NCBI RefSeq assembly: GCF_006345805.1
Contig: NC_043011.1
Span: forward strand, 28,470,464 to 28,534,463
Direction of reading: 5' to 3'
DNA length: 64,000 bases
From: Octopus sinensis
Lineage: Eukaryota
Shown: piece after piece, positions 40,140 through 53,800 of the stretch
Numbering within the stretch: the first letter of the stretch is position 1
How the letters are laid out: every line of letters begins with the position of its first letter
The notes under the pieces: generated by a model
What the model was told of the DNA's origin: nothing
Seen by the model: only the letters and a program-made list of their open reading frames with translations
Database searches by the model: none
Made by a program: the position numbers and the translations under genes

Positions 40140-41130
40140 GGGTGTTGGCAGCAAATGGATCGCCTGACCATTGGAACGCATCCTTTCCACAAGAAGCGGA
40201 AGAGAATGTGTTCTAGTTTGGTGATGGTAGAGTCGGGACAAGGCACGACGGTCAGGCGGTAGTAGATGATGGAAGCGATGTACATGTTCGCCACCTCCGC
40301 TTGACCTTTTAGAGACAGCTTCCTCTCGGCCCATTGCCGGGCGAGAGTGACCAGCCTGCTTGTTATCTCCATTTGGAGGTCCGGACCAAACCAGGCCCCG
40401 AACAGCTCGAACGGGCCGTCGCTCCAGCGTCCTACGACGGAGGCGCTAGTGGACGACATGGGCTTGCGTTTCAAGATGCCGAGCCGCAAGCCCACTGACT
40501 TTTCCCGGTTGATTTTCGCTCCTGTTACCGCTTAGTAGTCTTTCAGTGTCTCGCCGACCAGCTCGGTGTGCTTCTAGCTACACACTGTAACGATGACGTC
40601 GTCCGCATATGCAGACACGCTCGTCCCGCATCCCAATTCTCGCGGGATGCCCCGCAGTAGTGGCTCGAGAGTCAATACGTATAGAAGCGACGAGAGGGGG
40701 CATCCCTGACGGACCGAACGTGTAATATCGAAGGGTCTCGTTAGATATCCATTTACGCGAATTACCGAACGGATGCCTCTGTACAAAGCAGTTGTCCAGC
40801 TGCGAAAACTGGGACCGAAACCAGCCGCTATGAGGACAGCCTCCAAGTATCGAAGGTCTACCCTATCGAAAGCTTTGGATTCATCCAAATTGATCAGGGC
40901 CCCACCCATGCCAGGTTCCTGATGTAGCACATCAGATGGAGGTTGGCATGGATGCTCCGGCACGGGGCACGTTTGCGCTTTGTCGACCAGTTTCTCGATG
41001 ACAAGCGCAAACCTCCATTTGTTGGTGGTGATGGCTCCCGTCAAAGCCCTCTTTTCTAGCGTGCTAATCCGGTCTATGAAAACCTGTCATGATGGGAAAG
41101 ACGTGTTTAGTTTCCAGTACCCGAGACGCA
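40140..41130 (-). mobile_element. Tx1-type LINE reverse transcriptase fragment (disrupted)
   Basis: INLDESKAFDRVD...VNGYLTRPF...VRQGCPLSSLLYVLTLEPLL...YADD, then WAERKLSLKGQAEVAN...LFRFLWKG; stops and frameshifts; 5' end abuts (GATA)n. Confidence 0.92.
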
Positions 41131-41143
41131 GATAGGCAGAAAA

Positions 41144-41218
<75 letters not shown>

Positions 41219-41337
41219 TGCGGGTAGGTGGGTAGGTAGGTTAGTAGATATTTAGATATGTGGGTAGACGAACAGACAGGTAGATATATAGATAGACAGA
41301 CAAACAGACAGACATTTAGATAGACAGACAGACAGAC

Positions 41338-41416
<79 letters not shown>

Positions 41417-42477
41417 TATATAGGAATGTTGATCGGTACGTAGGTAGGTAGGTAGGTTGGTAGATATATAAATAGATACATACATACATACAAACATAGG
41501 TACATAGAGAAGCAGATAAAAGTATTGTAGACAGATACATGCACATATACGTGTACTTATCTATACATATACGTGTATATATATAGATATATATATATAG
41601 GTAAGTACACATATCTTACATATACGTGTACTTATCTATATATTTTTCTATATACGTACTCATTCAGACATGTGTGTGTGTGCATGTGAGTGCGTATTTG
41701 TGTGTGTGCGCGTGCGTGTGTGTGTATATACAGATATATGTGCATATACATAAACCTGTATACCTGTTGCTATTGTCGCATAGATAAAATAGGCTTGAAT
41801 ATTCCCCTTAAACAAAATCCCAAAAACATCATACAAGCCGAAAAAAAATGCAGTTTCCAAACATAAGAAAATGCTTTTTGAATGGAAAATGTCAATGAAA
41901 AGAGCTGCTTTACAGGATTGGTGCTCAAAAAATACAATACATTCTAATGAAATAGCTTCTATAGAACAGGCTTCAAATTTTGTAAACAGAGAATTCATTC
42001 ATAACCAGGAATAAAATCAACTCGGCATCATTGTCCTAATATCCATAGAAACGTAAGGATATATATGTCTGTGACGTTATTATAAAACAGAGCTTTGTCT
42101 AGAAAGCAAAGCCATACATGGCAAAATAATAGCTGCAATTTATGCATAACAGATGTGTATATAATATGAAATACACAAAGCAACGTAAAGAACAAAAGAG
42201 ACGAGATATTCACTTCATGTTTACATTAAAGAAAAATTTAGACTTTCATCTTTCAGTACTTGAAATACAGAGGATAAAGTATAAAACTCAAATTGGTATA
42301 TGACAGGATTTGAAGAAAACTTGACTTCCATTTCTGACAAATTTAGCAACCATGTAGGCGCTACCATGTTAGCTCAGCATGTGTGCGTGATGTCCTAATA
42401 TGATAAGCTTGTGAAATGGAATTTCTGTTGCTGTCTTCAAAACATATTCAAATAGCATATTACCATGACGATCTATA

Positions 42478-42790
42478 TGGAGGCGCAATGGCCCAGTGGT
42501 TAGGGCAGCGGACTCGCGGTCGGAAGATCGCGGTTTCGATTCCCAGACCGGACGTTATGCGTGTTTATTGAGCGAAAACACCTAAAGCTCCACGAGGCTC
42601 CGGCAGGGGGTGGTGACGACCCCTGTTGCACTATTTCGCCCCAACTTTCTCTCACTCTTTCTTTCTGTCTCTTAAGTAACGCTGCGAGGGACTGGCGTTC
42701 CGTCCAGCTGGGGGGAACACATACGCCACAGAAACTGGGAAACCGGGCCCATGAGCCTGGCAAGGCTTGAAAAGGGCGCATACATCCATA
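42478..42790 (+). mobile_element. Full-length tRNA-derived SINE (family 3, V-domain-like module)
   Basis: A-box TGGCCCAGTGG, B-box GGTTTCGATTCCC, CTGCGAGGGACTGGCGTTCCGTCCAG module, (CATA)n tail, 14-bp TSD CATGA(C/T)GATCTATA. Confidence 0.9.
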
Positions 42791-43200
42791 CATGATGATC
42801 TATAGAGTGACGAGAAACTAATTTGGATCAAAACAGCATGAGTTTTACGATAGATAATAATGAACTTCGTCTAATCATAAGCTGCAAACAAACGATTGAA
42901 CTTTTTGACCCCAAACTTGTAAAACTTAGTCTACTGAGCAAAGATTCGTCCATTGGAAAGAACCACAACGAAGTCATCCGATCTGCTGGAAATTCTAGAA
43001 CTATCACCTGAAAATCAATTCACTATTGTGTTAAATAACGGCAGAACGCGTTGAGCTATTTCTTTATTAATTAGCGAATGCTACATGACTGCAATAAACA
43101 AATAATTATCTCGCTGAATAAGTAGAGGAATTATACATATAATTAAGCGAGTATGATTGAATGAATCTCTGTAGTATTGCATTTATATTGATGTAATTGA

Positions 43201-43285
43201 TATCCTGTTGCTTATTTTGATATTATTCACCTTACTTGGAGCTCTACAGGTAATACCGGATAAAATCAAAATAAGCAACAGGATA
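43201..43285. repeat. Small fold-back element
   Basis: Perfect 21-bp inverted arms TATCCTGTTGCTTATTTTGAT / ATCAAAATAAGCAACAGGATA. Confidence 0.7.
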
Positions 43286-43584
43286 GTGATGCAGTACGAC
43301 CGTTTCAACTGATGTAATGATTGCATTGTTCAATTAAATGGTGCCGCTTGAAACGTCTCGATAAATATGTAGTTGGTAGCTAAGTAGGTAGGTAGGTAGG
43401 TAGGTAAGTAGGTAGGTATGTATGTATGTATGTATGTATGTATGTATGTAGGTAGGTAGGTAGGTAGGTAGGTAGGTAGGTAGGTAGGTAGGTAGGTAGG
43501 TAGGTAGGTAAACAGACGGAGAGATATATAGATAGACAGACAATCAGACACACAGACAGATAGATAGATAGATAGATAGATAGG

Positions 43585-43670
<86 letters not shown>

Positions 43671-43672
<2 letters not shown>

Positions 43673-43890
43673 TTTTTCTTTATTGGCCACAAAGGGCTGA
43701 ACACAGATGGAACAAAATACAACGTAGAGCTTTTCTTTTTGAGAAGAAGAAGAGAAAAAAGGTGGGTCGAATTTCGACCAAAAGGGATCTTGAAAAGAAG
43801 AAAAAAAGGCCGATCAATTGGATCGTGTATCACAGAAATGTAATATAAAAAGGGGAAACAGATTAGGTTTATCCGTGGAAAGAAAAGTCT
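43671..43890 (-). mobile_element. Tx1-type LINE 3'UTR abutting (GATA)n
   Basis: Homologous to 32553-32800 (GTAGAGCTTTTCTTTT, AAAAGGGATC, TATCACAGAAATGT). Confidence 0.8.
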
Positions 43891-43902
43891 CACTCTCTCA
43901 CT

Positions 43903-43991
<89 letters not shown>

Positions 43992-44100
43992 CGCTTGTAT
44001 GTTTTTATGCATGCATTTTTAAATATGTATATATTGTCCCAGAATCTCAGAAAGCCGAATGAATCAGAAGTTCGTTTCATAATCATGAAAGTTATCTAGA

Positions 44101-44309
44101 GCGTAGGAGTGGCTGTGTGGTAAGTAGCTTACTTACGAACCATATGGTTCCGGGTTAAGTCCCACTGCGTGGCACCTTGGGCAAGTGTCTTCTACTATAG
44201 CCTCGGGTCGACCATAACCTTGTGAATGGAATTGGTAGACGCAAACTGAAAGAAGCCCGTCGTATATATATGTATATATATATATATGTATATATGTATA
44301 TGTATATAA

Positions 44310-44353
<44 letters not shown>

Positions 44354-44578
44354 TTGTGTGTCTGTGTTTGCACCCCCCCCCCAACATCGCTTAACAAACG
44401 ATGCTAGTGTGGTTACGTCCCCGTAACTTAGCGGTTCGGCAAAAGATACCGGTAGAATAAGTACTAGGCTTACAAAGAATAAGTCCTGGGATCGATTTGC
44501 TTGACTAAAGGCGGTTGCTCCAGCATGGCCACAGTCAACTGACTGAAACAAGTAAAAGAGTAAAAGAGTAAAAGAGAG
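44101..44578 (+). mobile_element. Full-length tRNA-derived SINE, family 1
   Basis: A-box TGGCTGTGTGG, B-box GGTTAAGTCCC, CCTTGGGCAAGT core-like motif, internal microsatellite, (TAAAAGAG)n tail. Confidence 0.92.
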
Positions 44579-45953
44579 CAAGAGAGCTTTACTTGAGTCT
44601 CTGAGCAAACAAATCTACACTTATATTGAGTAGAATCTCATCGGATAAGAATTGTAATTATTGAAGTCTAGCATTAACACCCACTGTGTGAAACGAATTC
44701 TACCTGGAAATTATTTAGAGCTCACATTTGTCTATGAAATATCGTATTCCCCAGCATAAAGTCGAACATTTCTAATCAAATTGCACTGACAAATAAAAAG
44801 AAGTTAATCGACTTATACAACAAGACGACTTTTGGGGCCAAAATTTTCCCTTTGAAAAATAGCATGACTTCGAAATATAGTGACGATGTTTTAATGTTTA
44901 GGCTATACTCTTTCCACTATATATTACTTCGATTTGCACGCCGGAAGATAGCAATAATCTGAAATTTATACAGTAATTTATTGAGTGGATCACTTCAGTT
45001 GTCCGAACAACTAAATAAACATCTTTGAAAGTAACGGATATCCATTCACTTTTTCTTTTTCTAAATATATGTATTTATGTGTATAAATATGCATGTATGC
45101 AGTCATGCAGGTATATATGTATATATATGCTTGTATGTATACATTCTCGTATGTATGTATATAAAGTTCCTTTGAATTAGTAAAACGTTCTCTTCGAACG
45201 TCCTCCTCCACATGTTATTTGCGCATGCTTGTGTTTCTGTGGAATCTCGTCTATGCTTTGACGATATATGAGATAATTTGAAGGCGGTGATCTTTATAAC
45301 TGATATTATCGACATATTGTCTTTGTGTGTTTTAAATAAAAATCTAAAACAAAAGTCAACGATCAAAGACAAGTCCGAATTACTGATGCATTGATGTATG
45401 TGATTTCGATGCTATCAAAAGATTTTCCGGTTTTTCGAACCCATCTTCTCTATTCTTCTAAACTAGTGGTTTGAATACTATGATGTAAAGAAGAAGAAAA
45501 AAACGGGAAAAAAGAACTGAAACAAATCGTTCACACATTTTAATTAGCATTATCTTCCCATTTACAACCAGATATTAAACATTCATTTATCGAATTTATA
45601 GAAGCAAAAATATCTTTATTCGATGTTTCTTCGTCTGTACATTAAGGCAAGAAAGAGATCATATGTTAGCGTGTTTCAATTAAACTGCATACGAATTTAC
45701 ACTATAATAATGACACACAGACATTTTGAAAGAATATGACTAAAGCTAATAAAGAAACTATTCGTCATTAAAACAAAATCAAAGAGGAAATATATTCGTG
45801 ATCATTATTTGAATGTTAAATATTAATTGTGTAAAGCAAATATAGTATTGAGAAGCCATGTCGCACTATTTATCACATGTAACTATTAGGAATAATTCCA
45901 TGTAAATTTATTGCAACTGAGGCATATAAACACGAAGGATTTTCTTTCTCTCT

Positions 45954-46005
<52 letters not shown>

Positions 46006-48727
46006 TCTCTTTTAAAATTCGTTTGTTTCCGTTATTTAATTCTATATAAGATTTTAAATGTTTTTTTCTCTTTTAATGCTAAAAGCGATCTCACATAACG
46101 TCCATTTATCATTCAGTTGAAGTTAGAAGAAAAATCATTTCTTTCGAAAAGAGATGTTGATGACAAGTGGGTTAGACTATTAACTAATGATCCAGTGACG
46201 TATTAAACTAATCCGTATTCGAATCTTGTTAAAGCTGAGCTTGTACTTTATTCTCTCAATTCAGAGGAATCACTGTACATTAATATATCTCAAATGTGAT
46301 ACCGCAAGTCAAAAATATCAGTCAAATAAGCCTGCTAGAAACAGCAGTTAAATCTTCCGAAAAACCTCAAACCTATTGCTTTTAAAAAAGAAAAGAGGTA
46401 TTCCATACAATAATCTTATATACATTAAGTCAGATAAAAGATATATTACGATTATTACCAGCACTATGTTTAGACAAGAGTTCAACTAGTTACTGACCTT
46501 GTATGTATGTATGTATGTATGTATGTATGTATGTATGTATGTATGTATGTATGTATGTATGTATGTATGTATGTATGTATATATATGTATGTATGTATGT
46601 AATTACCTTTCATTTCTAAAACGGCAATGAGAAATCTCTCCAGACATAATTCCCTTTTCTAGAATGAAGCCCACTTCGTGACTTCTATCAAGTTCTTCAA
46701 TGATTCTTTTTCAACTTTTATTCAGAAGCAAAGGTAGCTCCCATGATCTCTGAAAGGACGCACAACACTGGTGAAAGGGAGGTGAGAGAAGAATATCCCC
46801 TAATCAGAAACCTGACCCAGGTACAGGCAGCAGAATGGACTCTACCAAGAGAATCCAAATTACCAGCTGGTGGTTTGATATCTGGTGATGGGATAAGTTA
46901 CCACTGTTAGACCACGGCAGGATTTGAACTTAGAAGCAAAAAAAAAAAAAAACTGAAATAAATACCATGATGTATCCGGTCCGACGTTCATACAGTTCCG
47001 TTAATCAATGGACTTGGATTCGTGCATTTTATCGACCATAAAAGGACGAATAGTAAAGTTAATCCTGCGAGATTTGAACTCAGAGCGTATAGTCGAAAAA
47101 AAGTAGTGAGAACCCTTCTTTCCACGCATTAATGATTCCCTCAATTCCCTGCCTGTATGTACGTTCTGTATGCCATAATTCAGTATTCTGGATTGTTCCA
47201 AATAGATTGATATTGTGAAGAGTTTACATTATATCACGTTTCCATATCTTTTAAGTTATCTGTGATAGTCCTAACGTTTATTTATTACCCAAGTTTGAAA
47301 AGTTATGAATTTGATTGAAGTGGGAGATTCAGAACTTGAATATTAAAACGGAAGCATTCCATAGCCCTTAAAGTTCTCTATGATTTTATGTCATGTGTCA
47401 ACAAGTCATCTTTCTGAACCCGTCTAACTACGCCCCGAAAACTTAGAAACGAATTAGATTAAAACCACCCTGGAATCGAATTTAAGATTGCATATTCGGC
47501 TTACCGAGAGATGTTCATACACAAAATGGGTTCTTTTGTAGTTGAAAGCATTAAAAAATTCTTTTAGGTTGTTAAGCTTCTATAATTTGTCCGAGCAAAT
47601 GAAAACTCTTTTCGATAACTCAAACTGTAGGAATAGCAAACAAATCTTCCTCAGATCATATCATTCTGCCTCAATAAATCAAGGATACTTTAGATAATGC
47701 GATCATAAATACAATATGCCTGGAAAGAAACGGTGAAATGGTAACGGAGAGGAAAATTTAGATTCTAGATCTCTGTCCAATAGAGTATGACCTGAAGTTA
47801 TTTATTAAACAACGAACAGAAATATAAATATAACTTAATTCTGTGTTTTTTAAAATGGGTTCCCAGATACCACTGAATCCCGTAAAATATTGTTTTCCAT
47901 GAGATAAGTTATCTTTTAATAGAACTTTATAAAAATTTAATATAGTGTTTTGAAAAAAAAAAACATTTGAACAATTCAGGTGAGAATTCAGGCAAAATAT
48001 TTAACGTGACTTCAATAAATGAAACCAAAGAGAAAAGAGATAGCATTACTTTGTACAGGTTGTTTAATGATTTCCCATTTCAAATTGAACGAAGAAAATA
48101 ATCAACAATCCGGAGAAACGCGTTGTTATCAGCAGAACATTATTTTATCAAAAAAATTAATATTCACTATTTCAAAGTAATATTATTGCTGTTGTTTTTA
48201 TAGGAATGAATTCTCTCTGAAAAACCTATATACAATTGAAGTTGTAGTAACATATATGGTTAATTCACATAAATATATAGACGTATATAGATATATATAT
48301 ATATATATATATTCATACACACACATCATACACATGTATGTGAGCACGTGTTTCATTTGATGTCTTCCAAATACTAGAGCAGTGGGATTTGTCCGTAAAA
48401 TATGAATGTAGCTTTTTCGATTTTTGTAAAACTATGTAAGCGTGCGAGTTTAAAAAATACATTTTCGGTCCCACTGATGTAAGTTATCGCGCTTAGAATA
48501 GAAAATGACATAATCAACATTATATCTACCATTCTATCATTTCTGTCGTCCATATCTTTCTTTTATCACTTATTCTGGGACCACAGAATTCACGGATCGA
48601 AACTAATTCAAGGGTACCAGAAACTCTGGATTTCTTTCATAGATAAATTCCCGGTATAATGGGAGACCACTTATCTAAAGATGAGAAATATCTAGTCGTC
48701 GATATCGGAGACAAATCTTTCTTCACA

Positions 48728-48845
48728 GCTCAGTATGCTCAGAGTCTACTGCTCAGTATGCTCAGAGTCTACTGCCTACTGATAGGATATATAAGCGCTG
48801 CGGTTTCGCTATCACTTGATGGCATCAGGTCCGAACACGGTAAGT
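48728..48845 (+). promoter_or_regulatory. Candidate Pol II core promoter with short first exon
   Basis: 23-bp tandem duplication, TATATAAG at 48788, Inr-like TCACTT 26 bp downstream, consensus donor G|GTAAGT at 48839/48840, in non-repetitive sequence. Confidence 0.4.
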
Positions 48846-49749
48846 TCCGTTGCTCTACAGTTCTCTTGTTAGCAACAATGATATTCCTGAATCGATACAT
48901 ATTCGACCACTTGACTATGACTGATCAATCGCAACTGACTAACAAATCTGGTGCTCTGAAATTACGCCGATTTATTCTTCAAATGTTGCATGAACGATCA
49001 CGCAAGTGAAACTCAAAATAACAACAGAATCATCAACGAATTCTAAATGAATAGAAACGCTGAACTGTGTCACGGATACGTTTTTTTCTTCAACTGTTAT
49101 GGAACAAAAACACACACACTCACATATACATACAAACACACAAACACAAACCTGCACACATATGACAGTGAAACTGCATATATGTGTGTGTGTGTGTGTG
49201 TGTGCGTGTGTGTATGCATGAATATACGTATATGTGTACGTATTTACGCATGTACGCGTGCCCATATTTATATGAGTGAGTGCTGCAAAATGTCCATACA
49301 CAATACATCATTGCAATCTGAGTAGTTACTTTCATTGATGCTGTAATGAAATCATCTCTCTGCTTGCATGGAGGATGAAAAGCTAATCATGTTAATTTGT
49401 TAAAGGAAATTGGAGGGAAATAAAAGGGAGAAAGAAGCCATCTTAAGGAGAAAATCAAAACGAGGCTCGTCTTTTATCCTGTTTTAAAGGAATTACTGTA
49501 CGAATCTTATCCTTTTAACAATTGCAATCTGTAAGCTGCCGCATATATTTCTATTAGAAATATTCTATGTATGTACGTATCAATATTCTATGTATGTACG
49601 TATCAATGGAAGTATGTAAGCATGTATGTTTGTGCATATGCACGTACCCACACACATTTACATATACGTATTTATTTATATGTGTGTATTAACATACATA
49701 TCGCTTCATACGTTACATACATAGATACATACATATATATATATATGTC

Positions 49750-49809
<60 letters not shown>

Positions 49810-50060
49810 TATAGATATAAAAACGTATCTATAGAAGTGTATGTATTATATATATATATATATATATACATATATATACACGGGCGCGCTCGCGCGCTTA
49901 CACGCGCTAGATGCAAGTATATACTAGTATAATTCTAATAGAAATATGTGTTTATATATATGCAGATATATATAGACAAATATATAGAAGTATATATATC
50001 GTTATAAATACATACAATACACAAACACATGTATAATATTATATCAAGGCTTTTATATAT

Positions 50061-50092
<32 letters not shown>

Positions 50093-50292
50093 CTTTATTT
50101 TAAGCAGCAGAAAATTCAACAAAATCTGTTACTCTGAGTTTCTCGTTGCCGTTCATCATGAACGGCAACGAGAAACTCAGAGTAACAGATTTTGTTGAAT
50201 TTTCTGCTGCTTAAAATAAAGCATATTACTCTACCACTGGTATTTGAGTACTCTTTTTTCCACCTTGTTTCACATTTATGTGTTTACTCCGG
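50093..50292. mobile_element. Perfect 64-bp palindrome formed by inverted PLE pLTRs at a truncated hammerhead
   Basis: Arms 50093-50156 and 50158-50221 are exact reverse complements; each reads ATGA-ACG-GCAA-CGA-GAAACTCAGAGTA-ACAG. Confidence 0.8.
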
Positions 50293-50304
50293 TATATATA
50301 TATA

Positions 50305-50383
<79 letters not shown>

Positions 50384-50515
50384 TATATATATGTACATAT
50401 ATATATACATATATATAACGGGAAGCTTTATGAAAATAAACAAAAGACGAAGGCAGGTGGAAAACAAACGAACAATTGTATTAGTATGGCGCTCAGGAAA
50501 TATAAATAAAACAAG

Positions 50516-50553
50516 TCTTTAACGTTTCGAGCCTACGCTCTTCAACAGAAAGA
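50516..50553 (-). ncRNA. Minimal type I hammerhead ribozyme, A6U core variant
   Basis: TCTTT-CTGTTGA-A-GAGC-GTAG-GCTC-GAAA-CGT-T-AAAGA within a pLTR fragment (50418-50605). Confidence 0.78.
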
Positions 50554-50923
50554 TACACAGAGAGAGAAAAACACAGAAAGAAGGAGAGAAAAAAAAATGC
50601 GTGCAACATATATATATACATATATATATATACACATATATATATACATATATCGTTATAAATCCATACAATACACAAACACATATAATATTTTATCAAG
50701 GCTTATATATATACATATATATATACATATATATACATATATATACAATATATATATACATATATATACATATATATACATATATATATATCACATATAT
50801 ATATACATATATCGTTATAAATCCATACAATACACAAACACATATAATATTGTATCAAGGCTTATATATATATACATATATATATATACGTATATATATA
50901 CATATATATATATACATATATAT

Positions 50924-51004
<81 letters not shown>

Positions 51005-51069
51005 TAATATATATATCGTCTAAATCCATACAATACATACACACACATGTATAATACTCTATCAGGCCT

Positions 51070-51100
<31 letters not shown>

Positions 51101-51276
51101 ATATATATAATATATATATATATATATAAGCTTTGATACAATAGTATACATGTTTGTGTATTGTATGTATATATATATGCATGTACATATATCTACATAT
51201 GTGTGTAGGTGTTTGTGTGCGTGTGTATGTGTATGTATATTCACATGTACACACACACACACACACACATACATAC

Positions 51277-51311
<35 letters not shown>

Positions 51312-51579
51312 TGTATGTATGTATGTATGTATGTATGTATGTATGTATGTATGTATGTATTTATGGTTTTTCAGAATGTGGACATGTAATGAAACTATTC
51401 AACTGATTAATAGATTCAAGATTTGCCATTAGAAAATTATTCCACGTATGAATATGATGTTTCAAGAATGGTAATTATTTCGCCAACGGTGCGAAAGGTG
51501 TCGTTCTCATGCTGTCCATATCAACAGTGCGCACCTTTTGTCTACAGTGCATGCCCTTTACGACTAAGCGAAAAGGCAC

Positions 51580-51810
51580 CTCCTCCTTCTTCTTCTTCTT
51601 CTTCTTCTTTTTCTTCTTCTTCTACTTCTTCTTCTTCCTTTTCTTCTTCTTCTTCTTTTTCTTTTTCTTCTTCTTCTTCTCCCTCTTCTTCTTCTTCTTC
51701 TCCTTCTTCTTCTTCTTCTCCTCCTCCTCCTCTTCTGCTTCGTCATCGTCGTCGTCGTCGTCGCCTTTGTCATTGTTGCTGTTGTTGCTGTTGCTGTTGA
51801 CGACGATGCT
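51580..51810. repeat. (TTC)n/(CTC)n/(GTC)n/(GTT)n trinucleotide tract
   Basis: Direct tandem repeats. Confidence 0.95.
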
Positions 51811-52302
51811 ATTGACTATTTGACTATTTCGTCGTTCATGTTTTATTCTTTATTCTTGTTCAGATCTTGTCCAGATCTTTCCATGTGATCTGTGGCAACA
51901 GAATTTTTTTTTTTTTTCCTTTTTTCTTGCTTTAATTCAATATGAATTTTATTATTATTAATCATATTTATATGTTTTACATTATATTCTATTCATATTT
52001 TATTTATTTATTTATTTATTTATTTATTCATCTCTTACTGGAGATGAAACAGGGAAACCTGTATATGTTCATGATATGACTGCGATTCCCAGGCCAAAAC
52101 ATTTCACTCTTCTGCGTCTAATATCTATTTTTCTTATTCTTGTTGTTGGTTTAGTCGTTGCTGTTATTGTTACTGTTGTTCTTGTAGCTGTTGATGATAA
52201 ATATGTCGTTATGGTTGTTAACGGCGGTTTTTTTTTACCCAGGTTAGCCTTAACTATTCAGATGTCTAATCATGAGTATTTCGGTCATCAGCATACTGTC
52301 TG

Positions 52303-52349
<47 letters not shown>

Positions 52350-52651
52350 GGCGCACGCAGACGCACACGCCTCATGCACACACGCATACACACACGCACA
52401 TACTCACATATATACATATATGCATATACATATATATATATACATATATATATATAGACAGAGAGATAAATAGGCACACAGACAGACTGACTGACAGACA
52501 GACACACACACAGTCAGTCAGACACACAGACAGACACACTGACACACAGACAGACACACAGACAGACACACAGACAGACAGACACACACATTGACACACA
52601 GACAGACAGATAGACACACAGACAGACAGACAGGCACACAGATAGACAGAC

Positions 52652-52741
<90 letters not shown>

Positions 52742-52749
52742 TGTAAAGA

Positions 52750-53800
52750 AGTTTGCTTCAAGATGAATTAGCTTGATGTCATTAATATACCTGTTAGATT
52801 GCTGTTGATCGCACCAGCAGAAAAGGCATCAGGGGGGAAGTAAATTCCAGTATCTGAGTAGAGGGGTACGAGAAAATCGGATTTCGGGTAAGGACACCTG
52901 TGGACCTGAGGTGGAAGAGGGTTTGTACGAGATTTAATGCTATTTAGTCAAATGTCCTGTTTTATGGATGCGTTCGAGGATGTCTATGTGCATAGCAATC
53001 GTGTCGTTTCAGAAGTTGGATCAGTAGTCTATTATGATCCACATTAGACCAGCAATTAATATTCAGCTTCCACCCCAACCCTCGCTGCGAAAGCAGAAAT
53101 ATGTGTGGGGCCTGAAGAGAAAAGCCGGCGTTGAATATGTAGCCCTATCATTGTTTAGGTATACTTTCAGCAGGTGAGAAAAATTTCTGACTTACTTCCT
53201 TCAAGCAATCAAGACAGTAAAATTTAGCAATGTGGAACATGATTTTAGGCTCCGGGCTCGGAGTTTTACTGATAATTCAAGAGGGTTAGATGACGTTTTT
53301 TTCCCTGCTTTTTAGGCATAAGCATGTTGTATATTCATGACCCCTCCGTTCGATGTACGGGCTGACACCGACTTTTCTACACCCTAATCATTAGATACCT
53401 TTCTCCTCTGATCAAGCCTATAAGAAACAGGGAGAAAACAGTGTAGATGGAACAAGTTTATGGAAACGTATGGGTGGAGGAACCTCAAAGGTAATTGTGC
53501 ACTCAAGTCTGTGTGAAAGTTGCTAGTTTCGTTTATCATCTTGCCTCCAGCACCATGTCTTTCCCCATTGCCGGGCCCCCTTGTCTTAAAGTAGGCGCAA
53601 TTGGCTTCCTTAAATTGTGGTATGACTGAGGAATTAACCTAAATTTCGTTCTTTTCCAAATGTTAGTATAAATTCCTCCCATGTGAAGAGCTACCCACGA
53701 TAGAACAACTCATGTTCAGTGAGAAAAGTCTTTCATCTGCTACGCCATTCAGAAACTCAATTTAAGCTTCTGCATCATATATCTTAGCTATTAAATGCAA
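52750..53800 (-). mobile_element. Old CR1/L2-like LINE remnant
   Basis: Minus strand FSRTPLLRYWNLLPPDAF resembles the FxxRxxxxWNxLP ORF2 C-terminus; extent uncertain. Confidence 0.4.

Larger units (their letters stand above)
49996..51168. repeat. ~55-bp unit repeated between (TA)n tracts
   Basis: ATCGTTATAAATCCATACAATACACAAACACATATAATATTTTATCAAGGCTT at ~49998, 50652, 50811, 51015 and inverted at ~51128. Confidence 0.85.

Noticed and set aside
41760-42460. Coding-looking AT-rich stretch, possibly a transposase remnant
   Set aside because: Multiple stops and no motif I can recognise.
42480-42555. Possible tRNA gene
   Set aside because: It is the tRNA-like head of a TSD-flanked SINE with no intact acceptor stem; the same applies to the other SINE heads.
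48659-49009. 116-aa ORF MGDHLSKDEKYLVVDIGDK...
   Set aside because: No recognisable homology; it runs across a tandem duplication, TATA box and donor site, so it is probably incidental.
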